From Akkermansiaceae bacterium (GTDB lineage Bacteria > Verrucomicrobiota > Verrucomicrobiia > Verrucomicrobiales > Akkermansiaceae), in contig JBPOGF010000002.1 of NCBI GenBank assembly GCA_051251915.1, forward strand, positions 32,001 through 96,000: DNA of 64,000 nucleotides. The letters run 5' to 3'. Shown here in pieces: positions 20,749 to 31,023 of this stretch. The notes below the pieces were generated by a model that was given only the letters and a program-made list of their open reading frames with translations, made no database searches and was not told the DNA's origin. Position 1 is the stretch's first letter. Each line of letters opens with the position of its first letter. A program made the translations under genes and the position numbers.

Positions 20749-22011
20749 TTAGTGGTCAGGTTGTTTCCAAGGGGTGGGTTTATGGGATGCGGGGAAGGCT
20801 CGGGTCATTTTAAGGATTGATTTTTTACTTGGAAAGACGGCTCCGTTGGTTGGGGAACTTGTCATTTTGTCTGCTGGGATGATGGTGTTGTTGCTTTCTT
20901 TGATGGGGGCTTTTTTATTATGGATTTCTATGGCGTGGAGTTTTTTATTCTTTAGGGCGATTAAGTTGTTGGTGATTTCAATGGGAGTTTTAGGGGCTTT
21001 TGAGTTCCCGATGACGATGGCTTTTTCTGTGGGGTTGATGATGGTGTTGTTGCGGATGATGTAGCTGTCTGCGGCGGAGGCTTTGACGTACATGCATTGT
21101 TTACCAGCGTTCTTGAAGATGTTGTTTTCGATGATGATGTTTCCGTGGCCGAAGAGGATGAGGTTGTTGGATGGGCAGGTGTCTATGTAGTTGTTGTAGA
21201 CGTGGGCTTGGGTGCCGGTGCCTATTTGGAGGCTGTTGGACTGGTATTGTGCGAATGGGGTTTTGCCACTTTCTGTGATGGTGTTGTTGTAGACTTGGCA
21301 GTCTTTGGTGGTGCTGCCTATTTGGATGCCTTCGCAGCCGGTGTTGTGGGTGTGGTTGTTGTAGATTTTTAGGCCTTCGATGACGTGAGGCATGAGGGGG
21401 GTGCCGGTTTTCTTGGGGTCAAAGCCGTCGAAGAATGTGTGGCCGATGTAGAAGCCTTCGCCGGTGACATTGTGGACGAAGTTGTCGTGGAGGGAGATGT
21501 TGCGCATGGTGAATTGGCTGCGGGTGGTTTTGTCTTTGATGCTGGGTTCGTCTTTGACGTTGAAGCCGGCGAAACCTGCGGCGTAGACTTCGATGTGGTC
21601 GACTTCTATGGAGGTGCTGCGTTTTCTGATGTTGAGGGCGTGGGGGCCTTTTTTTCCGCAGGCGAGTTTGAAGCCGTAGCGGATCTCCCTTTCGCCGGAG
21701 CCGGTGAAGCGGATGTGCTTGCAGGTGTGGATGTTTAGGGCTGAGCCGTTTTTGTCGATGCTGTTGATGTGTACGACGCCTCCTGAGTTGATGAAGGTGA
21801 TGGGTTTTTCTGCGGTGCCGGTGAAGTTCTGGATGGTGAGGTGGGTGCGTTTGCCTGCTTTGATTTTGAAGATGTCGCCGGGTTTGTGGTTGATCTTGTT
21901 TCCGTCAAAGACGACGACATCGCCTGTGTCTACGAAGCGCTCTGCTGCTGAGGTAGTGACTAGTGATAGAATGAATAGGAGGAGGGGGATGCGGATTTTT
22001 GATAGGGTCAT
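20749..22011 (-). CDS. Secreted right-handed parallel beta-helix protein
   Basis: Signal peptide; repeated I.NN.I / GEGFYIG / EGIQIG beta-helix units. Confidence 0.75.
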   Translation of the reverse strand: MTLSKIRIPLLLFILSLVTTSAAERFVDTGDVVVFDGNKINHKPGDIFKIKAGKRTHLTIQNFTGTAEKPITFINSGGVVHINSIDKNGSALNIHTCKHIRFTGSGEREIRYGFKLACGKKGPHALNIRKRSTSIEVDHIEVYAAGFAGFNVKDEPSIKDKTTRSQFTMRNISLHDNFVHNVTGEGFYIGHTFFDGFDPKKTGTPLMPHVIEGLKIYNNHTHNTGCEGIQIGSTTKDCQVYNNTITESGKTPFAQYQSNSLQIGTGTQAHVYNNYIDTCPSNNLILFGHGNIIIENNIFKNAGKQCMYVKASAADSYIIRNNTIINPTEKAIVIGNSKAPKTPIEITNNLIALKNKKLHAIEIHNKKAPIKESNNTIIPADKMTSSPTNGAVFPSKKSILKMTRAFPASHKPTPWKQPDH

Positions 22012-22070
22012 GAATTGTGATGTGTTAGAGGTGTGTTTATATATTGTGCTACTTAGAAGAAGTTGTGAAT

Positions 22071-22108
22071 AAAAAAGCGCTATCGCCTCAGTTGAGGTGA
22101 TAGCGCTT
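22071..22108 (-). terminator. Intrinsic terminator
   Basis: AAGCGCTATCGCCTCA-GT-TGAGGTGATAGCGCTT stem plus an A-run on + (U-run on -). Confidence 0.85.
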
Positions 22109-22133
22109 AGTGGTGAAATTATTTTAAACTGAA

Positions 22134-22937
22134 TTATTTACGGCGTCTGGCAAGCAGGGCTAGACCTCCGAGGCCGAGCAGGGCTGTTGAGCTTGGCTCT
22201 GGCACTACAACGCTGTCAAAGGAGAATGCGCCGATGGTAGCTGCAAATTGAGTTTGCGGAGGGTTTCCTTCTGAACTGGTTGCCCAAACTTCAATCGAAT
22301 CACCATCAGCGAAGTCTGATACATCCCAGTAATACCAATCTGAAATTTGATTGTCAGTATCAGTTTCAGCTGTTGTACTGACATCAAAATCACTTCCGCC
22401 GTGGGATAGTCTCAACATGTGAGAGTTGAAAATGATGTTATCTAGATTATCAACCATTAAACCGATGCGGACTGTTTCTCCAGCGGCGGCTGCACGATTA
22501 AAATCAATAGTACCAAAGCTAATGAAAGCGCCTTCAGCATTATTTGGAGCGGCAGTAGGATTGAATGTTCCTGATCTTAAAGTGGAGGGTGCTCCGCCTG
22601 GTGTGGTAGTAGGGTCGTCGATAAGAGCGTAACTTGCGTTGCCTCTGAAATTGGCAGTTGTTAAGTTAAAGGCTGCATAAGATGGTGCTGAGCTTTCAAC
22701 ATCATTCGCTCCATTGCCACCTGCGTTATCAGTAACGTATCTATAGCCGTCTGTTCCGAGGACGTTATTTCCATCGATGTCATTTTTGGCATCTGTGGAT
22801 GTTCTCCAGCCAGGACCTAGGTCAATATTGCTACCAGCAGTGATTATGTTGGCTGCTGAAGCTAGCCCGATTGTGCTCATAAGAGCCGCGGCCTTGATGA
22901 GTAATTTTGGTTTGTTGTTTTTTGGTTTTATTTTCAT
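22134..22937 (-). CDS. PEP-CTERM surface protein
   Basis: Signal peptide; tail VPEPSSTALLGLGGLALLARRRK. Confidence 0.92.
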   Translation of the reverse strand: MKIKPKNNKPKLLIKAAALMSTIGLASAANIITAGSNIDLGPGWRTSTDAKNDIDGNNVLGTDGYRYVTDNAGGNGANDVESSAPSYAAFNLTTANFRGNASYALIDDPTTTPGGAPSTLRSGTFNPTAAPNNAEGAFISFGTIDFNRAAAAGETVRIGLMVDNLDNIIFNSHMLRLSHGGSDFDVSTTAETDTDNQISDWYYWDVSDFADGDSIEVWATSSEGNPPQTQFAATIGAFSFDSVVVPEPSSTALLGLGGLALLARRRK

Positions 22938-22983
22938 TGGATAACCAATTTACCATATTTGAGCAAAATGCTCAAGAGGCTCG

Positions 22984-23013
22984 AACCCACCAAAAGATAT
23001 TCAAAATCCACAT
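22984..23013 (-). promoter_or_regulatory. Conserved 30-bp operator-like element (copy 1)
   Basis: AACCCACCAaaAGATATtcaaAATCCACAT, 47 nt from the ATG; a matching copy lies at 47977 at the same distance. Confidence 0.65.
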
Positions 23014-23091
23014 CACTTTAGTGATGTATCAGGCTCCTGAGATCTGTCTTTTGCGATTTTAGAAAGACTGAAGTTGAGATTATGGTGATGT

Positions 23092-23940
23092 CTAGGGCTT
23101 GGAGGTAAGGATTTTATTGGCACGTGCTAGGGCTATTTTGCGGGCGATTTTTATTTCTTCTGGGGTGAGGGAGTAGCCTTGTTTTTTTCCGCCCATGATG
23201 CGGTGGAATTGTTTTTGGGTGGGTTTATCTGGGTGGATGAGTCCTAGGTTGTGGCCTAGCTCGTGGGCGGAGGTGCGGGCGATGGAGCCACGTTTCATGG
23301 GTTGTGGTTCTGTGAGGAGGGCTTTTTCTGGTGGTTTGAGGCCACGGTTGTGCTTGTCTGTGTAGGAGCCGACGATTGCGTAGTTGCCGCGCATGGCGGC
23401 GAAGCCTTGGTAGGTTTGGCCTAGGTAGGGGAAGAAGTAGAGGTTGTGGATGAGGGGGTGTTGGTTTTCTTTTCCGCAGAGGGCGCGGATTTTATTGGTT
23501 CGGAGTGGGTAGTGTTTTACTTTGGCTTCTTTTGGTTCTCTTTTGGAGTTCTGGATGTAGGTGATGTCTTGCTGGCGGTTTTTTGTTTCTGCTGCTGGTT
23601 GGGTGATGATGGATTCGATGACCCACTGGATGCCGGCGGGTTTCCAGATGCGGTTGATCTCTGGGACGATGTTTTTTTCTATGTCTTCAGGGGTGAGCCA
23701 GGTGGTCATTTTGACTCCTTTTTTTTCTAGTTCGAGGTCGGAGATAATGAAGATGCGGAGGGGGAGGGTGATGAGTTGTTGGTCGTCGTCTGAGATGGTT
23801 GTGAGTTTGGTGATCTGGGTTTCTGTGCGAGGTTCTGTTGGGGTGGCTTTGACTGAGGTGAAGACGCTGAGTGTCATGAATCCGAATGCTATGAGCAGGC
23901 ATGATATGGTGGTGTTTTTTAGTATGGCTTGAGTCTTCAT
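23092..23940 (-). CDS. Secreted zinc metallopeptidase (metzincin-like)
   Basis: Signal peptide, HELGHNLGLIH (HExxHxxGxxH), downstream RIMG Met-turn. Confidence 0.75.
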   Translation of the reverse strand: MKTQAILKNTTISCLLIAFGFMTLSVFTSVKATPTEPRTETQITKLTTISDDDQQLITLPLRIFIISDLELEKKGVKMTTWLTPEDIEKNIVPEINRIWKPAGIQWVIESIITQPAAETKNRQQDITYIQNSKREPKEAKVKHYPLRTNKIRALCGKENQHPLIHNLYFFPYLGQTYQGFAAMRGNYAIVGSYTDKHNRGLKPPEKALLTEPQPMKRGSIARTSAHELGHNLGLIHPDKPTQKQFHRIMGGKKQGYSLTPEEIKIARKIALARANKILTSKP

Positions 23941-23992
23941 TGTATTAGTTTTGCGGGAATTTGAGTTGGTGTCGATCTTGAAAGTGGGAGGT

Positions 23993-24028
23993 AAAAAAAA
24001 TCGCTACCTATGTGGGATAGGTAGCGAT
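23993..24028 (-). terminator. Intrinsic terminator
   Basis: ATCGCTACCTAT/ATAGGTAGCGAT stem plus A8. Confidence 0.85.
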
Positions 24029-24055
24029 GGACTGTTAGAGTGGTGTAGGTGTTAA

Positions 24056-25696
24056 CTATTGCGCGGGGGCTTTCTCTTTCTTTGCTTTTTGTTTGTTCGC
24101 TTTTGGTTTGCCTCCTTTGGGGAAGTTTGCGGGTTTGTAGCTATTTAGCTTGGCTTGCATTGCCTTTACTACTTCTGGGTTTTGGGTGTAGAGGTTTTGG
24201 GTTTGGTTGGGGTCTTCTTCTAGGTTGTAGAGCTGTGCTGGTGGTGTGCCTTTTTTGAACTTGCCGTTTTCTATGTCGCTGTTTGGTGTGCCTACTAGGG
24301 CTGTGACTGATGGGCCGCCCCATGCGTGTTGGTTTGGTTTTGAGCCGGTGAATCCGCCGTCGCTTTTGGCTGGGATGTACATCCATTTGCCGTCGCGGAG
24401 TGACATGTGGGTGGGTTTGTGGCCGGTGATGATCATCTCGGTGCGGAGTGGTTTGTCTGGTGTTCCGGTGAGAGCTGGGAGGATGTTGATACTGTCGGAT
24501 TTCTCTTGGTTGCTGAGTTCTTGGCCGGTGATGGCTGCGAATGTGGCGAGTAGGTCTGCGCTGATGGTGAGCTGGTCAGAGGTGGTTCCGGGTGCGATTT
24601 TTCCTGGCCATTTGGCGATGAATGGGACGCGGTGTCCGCCTTCCCAGACGCCGAATTTAGAGCCTAGGAGGGTGCCGTTGATGTGGTGTCCTAGCTTGGC
24701 TGCGGCGCGGCCGCCGTGGTTGAACATGCCGCCGTTGTCGCTGGTGAAGATGATGAGGGTGTTGTCTGCTACGCCTTTGTCTTCGAGGGTTTTAGTAATC
24801 TCGCCGACGATCCAGTCTAGTTCTTGTGTGAAGTCTCCGTAGACTCCAGCTTCGCTGGTTCCTTTGAAGCGTGGGGCTGGGGTGAATGGGTGGTGGACGT
24901 TGGTGGTGGCGAAGTAGAGGAAGAATGGGTTCTCGCGTTGTTTTATCCAGGCGGTGGCTTTTTCGGTGAGCTTGGTGCCTACTTGGTAGTCGTTGAAGAG
25001 TTTGTGAGCCGCTACTGCACCGCTGAATTGGTTGGCCGAGCGCTGTGCTTCTTCTGGTTTGATGGGGGTGATGGGAGTAGCTTTGTTGCCGGCATTTCTT
25101 CCTAGATAGACGATGGGGTCATTAGGGTCTGATCCTACGATGGTGTCATTTTCTACGTAGACGTATGGTGGTGCGCTGTTGACGATGGGCATGCCGAAGT
25201 AGTAGTCGAATCCTAGGTCGAGTGGTCCTGGGCTGAGTGGGAGAGCCCAGTCATTTTTTCCTTGTTTGAATCCTAGGTGCCATTTTCCGATGACTGCGGT
25301 GTCGTAGCCTTTGTTTTTGAAGATGTCAGCGATGGTGAGTTGTTTGGTATCGATGAGTAGTGACTGGGTCATGGGGGCGGGTCCCCAGATGCCTTTGCCG
25401 TTGTTGCCACGGAATGGGTAGGTGCCGGTGAGGAGGCCGAAGCGTGATGGTGTGCAGACGGCTGAGGAGGAGTGTGCGTCGGTGAATTTTTTGCCTTCGG
25501 CGGCTAGTTTGTCGATGTTTGGGGTTTTGAGCTTGGTGGCACCGTAGGCGCCGGTGTCTCCGTAGCCGAGGTCATCTGCGAAGATGAGGACTACGTTGGG
25601 GAGTTTTTGTTCATCGGCGCTGGCTAGCTGAGGGGTGAGGGGTAGCAGGGTGGCTATTCCTAGTTGGCCTAGTTTGAGTAGTGTGTTGTTGTTCAT
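24056..25696 (-). CDS. Sulfatase (S1, Cys-type)
   Basis: PNVVLIFADDLGYGD, CTPSR, GKWHLG, SDNG, EGGHRVP. Confidence 0.95.
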   Translation of the reverse strand: MNNNTLLKLGQLGIATLLPLTPQLASADEQKLPNVVLIFADDLGYGDTGAYGATKLKTPNIDKLAAEGKKFTDAHSSSAVCTPSRFGLLTGTYPFRGNNGKGIWGPAPMTQSLLIDTKQLTIADIFKNKGYDTAVIGKWHLGFKQGKNDWALPLSPGPLDLGFDYYFGMPIVNSAPPYVYVENDTIVGSDPNDPIVYLGRNAGNKATPITPIKPEEAQRSANQFSGAVAAHKLFNDYQVGTKLTEKATAWIKQRENPFFLYFATTNVHHPFTPAPRFKGTSEAGVYGDFTQELDWIVGEITKTLEDKGVADNTLIIFTSDNGGMFNHGGRAAAKLGHHINGTLLGSKFGVWEGGHRVPFIAKWPGKIAPGTTSDQLTISADLLATFAAITGQELSNQEKSDSINILPALTGTPDKPLRTEMIITGHKPTHMSLRDGKWMYIPAKSDGGFTGSKPNQHAWGGPSVTALVGTPNSDIENGKFKKGTPPAQLYNLEEDPNQTQNLYTQNPEVVKAMQAKLNSYKPANFPKGGKPKANKQKAKKEKAPAQ

Positions 25697-25701
25697 CAAT
25701 T

Positions 25702-27204
25702 TTATTGTTTGGCTTTTTTCTTGGTGTTCTTTTTTTTCTTAGTAGCTGGCTTGAATTCTGATTTGGCGCGGCCTTTTTCTTTGTCTGATAATTTGACCCA
25801 GTCTTGGTTTTGATTGGTGAGGATGGGGACTTCTGGAAAGAGGGTGCCGGTGGGGCGTTGTTCTGAGCCACGGGATTTGAATTCACCTAGTTTTTTACGG
25901 ACTTGTTCCGCCATTTCTAACATTTCTTTTACTCTTTCTGGGTGTTGGGCGGCGATGTCATTTTTCTCGGCGATGTCTTCTGTTAGGTTGTAGAGTTGTG
26001 GTGTGGTGATGGCTGTTTGTTTTTTTTGTGCCCACCATGGGATTTGTTCCATGGTGCGGGGGAGGTGGATTTTGTAGTCACCGATGCGGATGGCTTGGAG
26101 GTTCTCGCAGTTGTAGTAGTAGAATGGCTCGTTCTGGTTGCGGGCGATGGGCTTGCCTTGGAATAGCGGGGTGATGCTCATGCCATCATAGACAAGGTCA
26201 GTAGGCATGGGTGCGCCTGCTAGTTCACTGAGGGTGGGGAATAAGTCCATGGCTGTGACAGGTGTGGCTGACTCTGCTGGTTGGATTTTGCCTTTCCAGT
26301 AGAGGATGAATGGGACGCGGTGGCCGCCTTCTAGTGAGACGTATTTGGTGCCGCTGTAGGGTTTGGAGTATTGGGGGGATGTGGGGCCATTGTCTGAGGT
26401 GAAGATGACGAGGGTGTTTTCTAGGATGTTGTTTGTTTCTAGTGCTTTGAGGACTTCGCCGATGCCTGCGTCTAGTTCTTGGATGATGTCGCCACGGACG
26501 CCGTCTTTGGATGAGCCTTTGAATTTGGGGCCTGCTTTGAAGGGTGTGTGTGGGTAGTTGTGGGCGTAGTAGATGAAGAATGGTTTGTCTTTGAAGTCCT
26601 GGATGTGCTTGACCATACGGGCGGTGTAGAGGTCGGTGAGTTTGTCGAGTGGGGTGTTTTTGTAGATGATTTCTTTCTCGTCTAGGAATTCTGGGTTGTG
26701 GCTCATGTTGTCTGGTGCGCCGTAGTAGTGGTCGAACCCTTGGTGGTAGTAGGAGAATTTTTCTTCTTTGCCGAGGTGCCATTTGCCGACCATGGCGGTG
26801 GTGTAGCCTTGTTGTTTAAATTGCTCAGCGATGGTGATTTCTTCTGGGTTGAGGCCGAGGAACCAGTGGGCTTCGCGCTTTTGGTTGATGCCCATGTAGA
26901 GGCCGTTGCGCTGTGGGTAGGCTCCTGTTAGGAATGCGGCGCGTGAGGGGGAGCAGATGGAGGCGCCGGTGTGGAAGTGGGTAAATTTTAGGCCTTCGGT
27001 GGCCATGCGGTCGATGTTTGGGGTGTTTACTTTGGTGGCACCGTATGAGCTGACGTCGCTGTAGCCCATGTCGTCCATGAGGATGAAGATGACGTTTGGT
27101 TTGTCTGTGGAAGTGGGTGCTTCTTGTGCAATCAGTGATGATGAAAGAGAGCAGAGGGAGAGCAGGCTGGTAAGGCAGTAGCGGAAAAGTGTTTTTGTTT
27201 TCAT
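25702..27204 (-). CDS. Sulfatase (S1, Cys-type)
   Basis: PNVIFILMDDMGY, CSPSR, GKWHLG, SDNG; ATG at 27204. Confidence 0.95.
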   Translation of the reverse strand: MKTKTLFRYCLTSLLSLCSLSSSLIAQEAPTSTDKPNVIFILMDDMGYSDVSSYGATKVNTPNIDRMATEGLKFTHFHTGASICSPSRAAFLTGAYPQRNGLYMGINQKREAHWFLGLNPEEITIAEQFKQQGYTTAMVGKWHLGKEEKFSYYHQGFDHYYGAPDNMSHNPEFLDEKEIIYKNTPLDKLTDLYTARMVKHIQDFKDKPFFIYYAHNYPHTPFKAGPKFKGSSKDGVRGDIIQELDAGIGEVLKALETNNILENTLVIFTSDNGPTSPQYSKPYSGTKYVSLEGGHRVPFILYWKGKIQPAESATPVTAMDLFPTLSELAGAPMPTDLVYDGMSITPLFQGKPIARNQNEPFYYYNCENLQAIRIGDYKIHLPRTMEQIPWWAQKKQTAITTPQLYNLTEDIAEKNDIAAQHPERVKEMLEMAEQVRKKLGEFKSRGSEQRPTGTLFPEVPILTNQNQDWVKLSDKEKGRAKSEFKPATKKKKNTKKKAKQ

Positions 27205-27311
27205 GTGGGATTCTAGAATGAATGAAAATGCAATTGTTGTGATAGTAAAAAGGTTTCGATTTTTTTCAATACGTAGTAGCACACCGATCGATATCTAGAA
27301 TCCACATTGAT

Positions 27312-28706
27312 CTAATCCTTGTTATTTGGGTTTACTAGGCCGTGGGGGCGTTGGTGGGTGCCGGTGGTGTGGATGTCTCCGATTTCTTTGCGGATGTGGG
27401 TGGCTTGTTTGGTTAGTTCGGTGACTATTTCTGGGTGTTGGGAGATGAGGTTGTTTTTTTCGGCGGGGTCGGTGTCTAGGTTGAAGAGCATGGGGGATTT
27501 GAGGGTGGTGTGGATTTTCTTGGGGTTGCCTCCTCCGCCTTTTTTGGCCCAGTAGGGTTGATCTTCGGCGGTTCTGGGGAAGTGGAGTTTCCATTGTTCA
27601 TTTCGGATGGCTTGGAGGTTGAGGCCGTTGTAGTAGTAGAAGTATTTGTGTGGGGATTGGGTGGTTTTGCCGGTGAGGATGTCGATAATGTTTTTGCCGT
27701 CGATGGTGCGGTCATCGGGTAATTTAGCGCCTGCTAGATGGGTGAAGAGGGGGAGGAGGTCCATGCTGGTGATCATGGCGTCTGATTGCTGGCTGGGTGG
27801 GATTTTGGTGGGCCAGGTGAAGATGGCTGGGACGCGCATGCCGCCTTCCATGGTGACGTATTTTCCGCCGCTGAGGGGTTTTGCTGAGCCGAATCTGGCT
27901 GGGCCGTTGTCTGAGAGGAAGATGATGAGGGTGTTGTTGGCGATGCCGGCTTCTTCTACGGCTTTGTGGAGGCGGCCGACGCTGTGGTCGAGTTCTAGGA
28001 TGAAGTCTGAGTAGTTGCCGTTGGGGCCTTTTTTTCCGGAGGTTCCTTTGAATGGTTTGCTGGGGAGGACGGGGGTGTGGGCGATGTGGTGGGCGAAGTA
28101 GATGAAGAAGGGTTGTTGGTGTTTTTGGTGGATGAAGTTGACGACTTCATCGGTGTAGAGTTTGGTGAGTTTGGTCATGGGGATTTTTTCCTCTTTGACT
28201 TGATGGTTGTGGTAGAGGGTGTCTGCGTCTCCGTGTTTGGTGGAGTGGTTGCCGTGTATGCCTAGGTAGTCATGGAATCCGGCATCGAGTGGGTGGGAGC
28301 CTTTGACGTGGAATCCGAGGTGCCATTTGCCGACTATTTTGTTGTAGTAGCCGGCGGATTTGAGGAGTTCTGGGATGGTGATTTCTTGTGGGTGGATGCC
28401 GTAGTTTTTGTATTTTTCTGTGTTGTGGCGAGAGATGGGGTGGCCGGCGCGCATGGGGTAGCGGCCGGTCATGAGGGCGGCGCGAGATGGGCCGCAGACG
28501 CTGGAGGCTACTAGGCAGTCTGTGGAGTGGATGCCGGTTTTAGCGAGGGTGTCGATGTTTGGGGTTTTGACTGGTGCGCCGTAGCAGCCGAGGTCTCCGT
28601 AGCCTACGTCGTCTGCAAAGATGAGGATGATGTTGGGTTTTTCTGATGCGGACAGGGTGGTAAATAGGGTGAGGAAGGTTAGAGTATGGAGAAAGAGTTT
28701 TTTCAT
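27312..28706 (-). CDS. Sulfatase (S1, Cys-type)
   Basis: PNIILIFADDVGYGD, CGPSR, GKWHLG, SDNG. Confidence 0.95.
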   Translation of the reverse strand: MKKLFLHTLTFLTLFTTLSASEKPNIILIFADDVGYGDLGCYGAPVKTPNIDTLAKTGIHSTDCLVASSVCGPSRAALMTGRYPMRAGHPISRHNTEKYKNYGIHPQEITIPELLKSAGYYNKIVGKWHLGFHVKGSHPLDAGFHDYLGIHGNHSTKHGDADTLYHNHQVKEEKIPMTKLTKLYTDEVVNFIHQKHQQPFFIYFAHHIAHTPVLPSKPFKGTSGKKGPNGNYSDFILELDHSVGRLHKAVEEAGIANNTLIIFLSDNGPARFGSAKPLSGGKYVTMEGGMRVPAIFTWPTKIPPSQQSDAMITSMDLLPLFTHLAGAKLPDDRTIDGKNIIDILTGKTTQSPHKYFYYYNGLNLQAIRNEQWKLHFPRTAEDQPYWAKKGGGGNPKKIHTTLKSPMLFNLDTDPAEKNNLISQHPEIVTELTKQATHIRKEIGDIHTTGTHQRPHGLVNPNNKD

Positions 28707-28744
28707 TAGATGGTAGCTTGTGTGGAAGTCATTTATTTATGAAG

Positions 28745-28779
28745 AAAAAAGTCCGGTGTTCTTGTGAGAGCACCGGACT
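28745..28779 (-). terminator. Intrinsic terminator of a PEP-CTERM gene
   Basis: AGTCCGGTG...CACCGGACT stem plus an A-run. Confidence 0.85.
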
Positions 28780-28826
28780 GAAAGAGTTAGATTTCCAGTG
28801 ATCTGGAAAAACTTAGTGAGAAGCCA

Positions 28827-29654
28827 CTATTTGCGGCGACGTAGGATTAGGGCGAGTCCCCCGAGTCCGAGGAGGGCTGTTGATGATGGTTCTGGGACGA
28901 CGTCAAAAGTGGCTCCGCCGATGGTGGCTCGGTTGAAGTTGTTTCCTGCTGAGGCGTTAGAGTTAGCAGCTTGGATAATAATTTTATCACCAGTTACTAG
29001 TCCTGTAATATCAAAGAAGTAGATATCAGCCACGTTCCCTAAATTGGCGCCACGGTTAAGGCCAGTAGCGACTGCAGTGTCTCCACCAGCGACTACTGCT
29101 AGATCAGTAAAGTCGAGTCTTAGATCGTTATTATTCGATCCACCAAATACTCCAAAACGAAGAGTTTCGCCGGCTGCCATATCACTAGTCATGGTAAATG
29201 AGTAGAGGTCGGTCAATCCAATTGCCGTATTAGCAGCACCGCTGAAGCCAGCATATCCAAGCCTCCAATTTCCGGTGCCTGAGGCTTGAAGAATATTGCC
29301 TGTGCTGCCACCAGCGTTTGAAAATGCACCAGAGGAGTTAGCCATCTCAGCTGCGACGCCACCGGAGGCAAAGATTGGGGCTGACTCTTCTAAACTACTT
29401 AAAGCTGCGTTACCAGTTCCTGTAGTATTAAAAACTGCGTAGCCATCTGTGCCATAGAGGTCATTGCCTTTGATGTCATATGTCTTGGAAACAGAAGCAT
29501 TACTCCAGTTATATGCCTCATTCGTAGCTGAGCTAGATGGGATTGCTGAAGTGCCTGTAGTTGTATCAACAGCGGCGCCAACATAGCTAATAGCTCCATG
29601 TGAGCAGGTTACACTCAGACATAGAGTGCTAATGATTGTTAGTGTGTGTTTCAT
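28827..29654 (-). CDS. PEP-CTERM surface protein (array gene 4)
   Basis: MKHTLTII signal; VPEPSSTALLGLGGLALILRRRK. Confidence 0.92.
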   Translation of the reverse strand: MKHTLTIISTLCLSVTCSHGAISYVGAAVDTTTGTSAIPSSSATNEAYNWSNASVSKTYDIKGNDLYGTDGYAVFNTTGTGNAALSSLEESAPIFASGGVAAEMANSSGAFSNAGGSTGNILQASGTGNWRLGYAGFSGAANTAIGLTDLYSFTMTSDMAAGETLRFGVFGGSNNNDLRLDFTDLAVVAGGDTAVATGLNRGANLGNVADIYFFDITGLVTGDKIIIQAANSNASAGNNFNRATIGGATFDVVPEPSSTALLGLGGLALILRRRK

Positions 29655-29777
29655 ATGGTTTATTTGTTTACGGTGAGAAGAGGTTTATTTGAATACGCAT
29701 GTCATATTTGTGTGACAGGTTTATCTCGGCTCTAAAGATTAAATATTAAAAGGTGACTTAGGGCAATGCTATTCATC

Positions 29778-29793
29778 TACCCTTTTTAGGGGG
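29778..29793 (-). promoter_or_regulatory. Imperfect 16-bp palindrome next to a -35-like element
   Basis: TACCCTTTTTAGGGGG, 10 nt from GCAAT (ATTGC on -); same geometry at 30761, 31922 and 57351. Confidence 0.6.
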
Positions 29794-29809
29794 GGGGTGG
29801 GGGGAGATT

Positions 29810-29839
29810 AAAAAGCCTACAGCGGATGCTGTAGGCTTT
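29810..29839 (-). terminator. Intrinsic terminator
   Basis: AAAGCCTACAGC-GGAT-GCTGTAGGCTTT perfect stem. Confidence 0.85.
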
Positions 29840-29888
29840 GAAAGTTGTGTGTCGGTAGGAAGTAAACTTTAGCTCGTGGAGCTATGGA

Positions 29889-30638
29889 TTACTTACGGCG
29901 ACGTAGGATTAGGGCGAGACCGCCTAGTCCGAGTAGTGCTGTTGATGATGGTTCAGGGACGACTGTTCCGTTGACAATGATGTTGTCAATCACTGAAGCC
30001 GAAGCACCACCCGTGTCGTTTTGGCGATCATCGAAAATGACACGGAAAGTAATGTCAGAAAGCCCTTGGTAAGCGGCAGCACTCAAATCTACAGATTGAG
30101 CGGCGCCTGCGACTGAAGGAAGGCCTTCGGGTGCGGCTTGATCCACTAGTGCTGCATAAGCACTAAATCCATCTACACTAGTCAGGACAGCATAGTCATT
30201 TGTGCCCCTTTCAGCACGGGCGAAGTCAAAGGTCAAAGTGGTAAGATCAAGTGTGAAACCAGCGCCTGCGGTTACCAAGAATTCTATGTAATCACCAGCT
30301 GCATAAGCAGCGTTCATGTCTGTTGTAATGTCACCACCATCAGCATGTACTCCATCACTCATACCGTTTCCTTCCGCAATCTGAAAGTAGTCTTCGGTAT
30401 TAGAAACGTAGGTCAATCCGGTAAGACCAGAACCTACTGAGATATTGCTTGCTGTGACGTTTGCATCGTTATCCGTGGCTGCGAAGAGTGATGATGAAGC
30501 TAAGCTGCCTGATAGTACTGTTACGGTAGCGGTAGGACTATGGTTAAAATCATATTCCGCGATTAAAGCGGCTTGAGATGAGATAGCGCTGGCACAGAGG
30601 GCGGCGGTGATGATTGTTAGTGTGTGTGTGTGTTTCAT
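29889..30638 (-). CDS. PEP-CTERM surface protein (array gene 3)
   Basis: MKHTHTLTIITAALCA signal (ATG at 30638); PEP-CTERM tail. Confidence 0.92.
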   Translation of the reverse strand: MKHTHTLTIITAALCASAISSQAALIAEYDFNHSPTATVTVLSGSLASSSLFAATDNDANVTASNISVGSGLTGLTYVSNTEDYFQIAEGNGMSDGVHADGGDITTDMNAAYAAGDYIEFLVTAGAGFTLDLTTLTFDFARAERGTNDYAVLTSVDGFSAYAALVDQAAPEGLPSVAGAAQSVDLSAAAYQGLSDITFRVIFDDRQNDTGGASASVIDNIIVNGTVVPEPSSTALLGLGGLALILRRRK

Positions 30639-31023
30639 AGGTTGTATTTGTTTACCTTGAGAAGGGGTTTGTGTAAAAATGACCATTATATTTGTATGAT
30701 AAGTCATCTCGACATTTGTTATCTAATAAAATCAGCTTAGCTGATGCAATACATTTATCATACCCTTTTTAGGGGATTAGGCATGAAGGATATGTATTAT
30801 TTAGCTTTGATGCTTCAACTTAAAGTCACAGAGATGCAATCGTCTATGTGTTTATTTTTATCAACAAAAAGTCCGTTGCCTCTATGGGAACAACGGACTG
30901 GATGATATAGATATCCTGTGATTAGGAAATTGCTTAGATAGCAGATATTACTTACGGCGACGTAGGATTAGGGCGAGACCGCCGAGGCCGAGGAGGGCTG
31001 TTGAGGATGGTTCTGGGACGACG
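30572..31023. repeat. ~450-bp direct repeat, copy A (signal-peptide coding, promoter, terminator and the adjacent gene's PEP-CTERM tail)
   Basis: Aligns to 31733-32193; core 30588-30775 vs 31749-31936 is near identical (offset 1161). Confidence 0.9.
30866..30899 (-). terminator. Intrinsic terminator
   Basis: AGTCCGTTG...CAACGGACT stem plus an A-run. Confidence 0.85.
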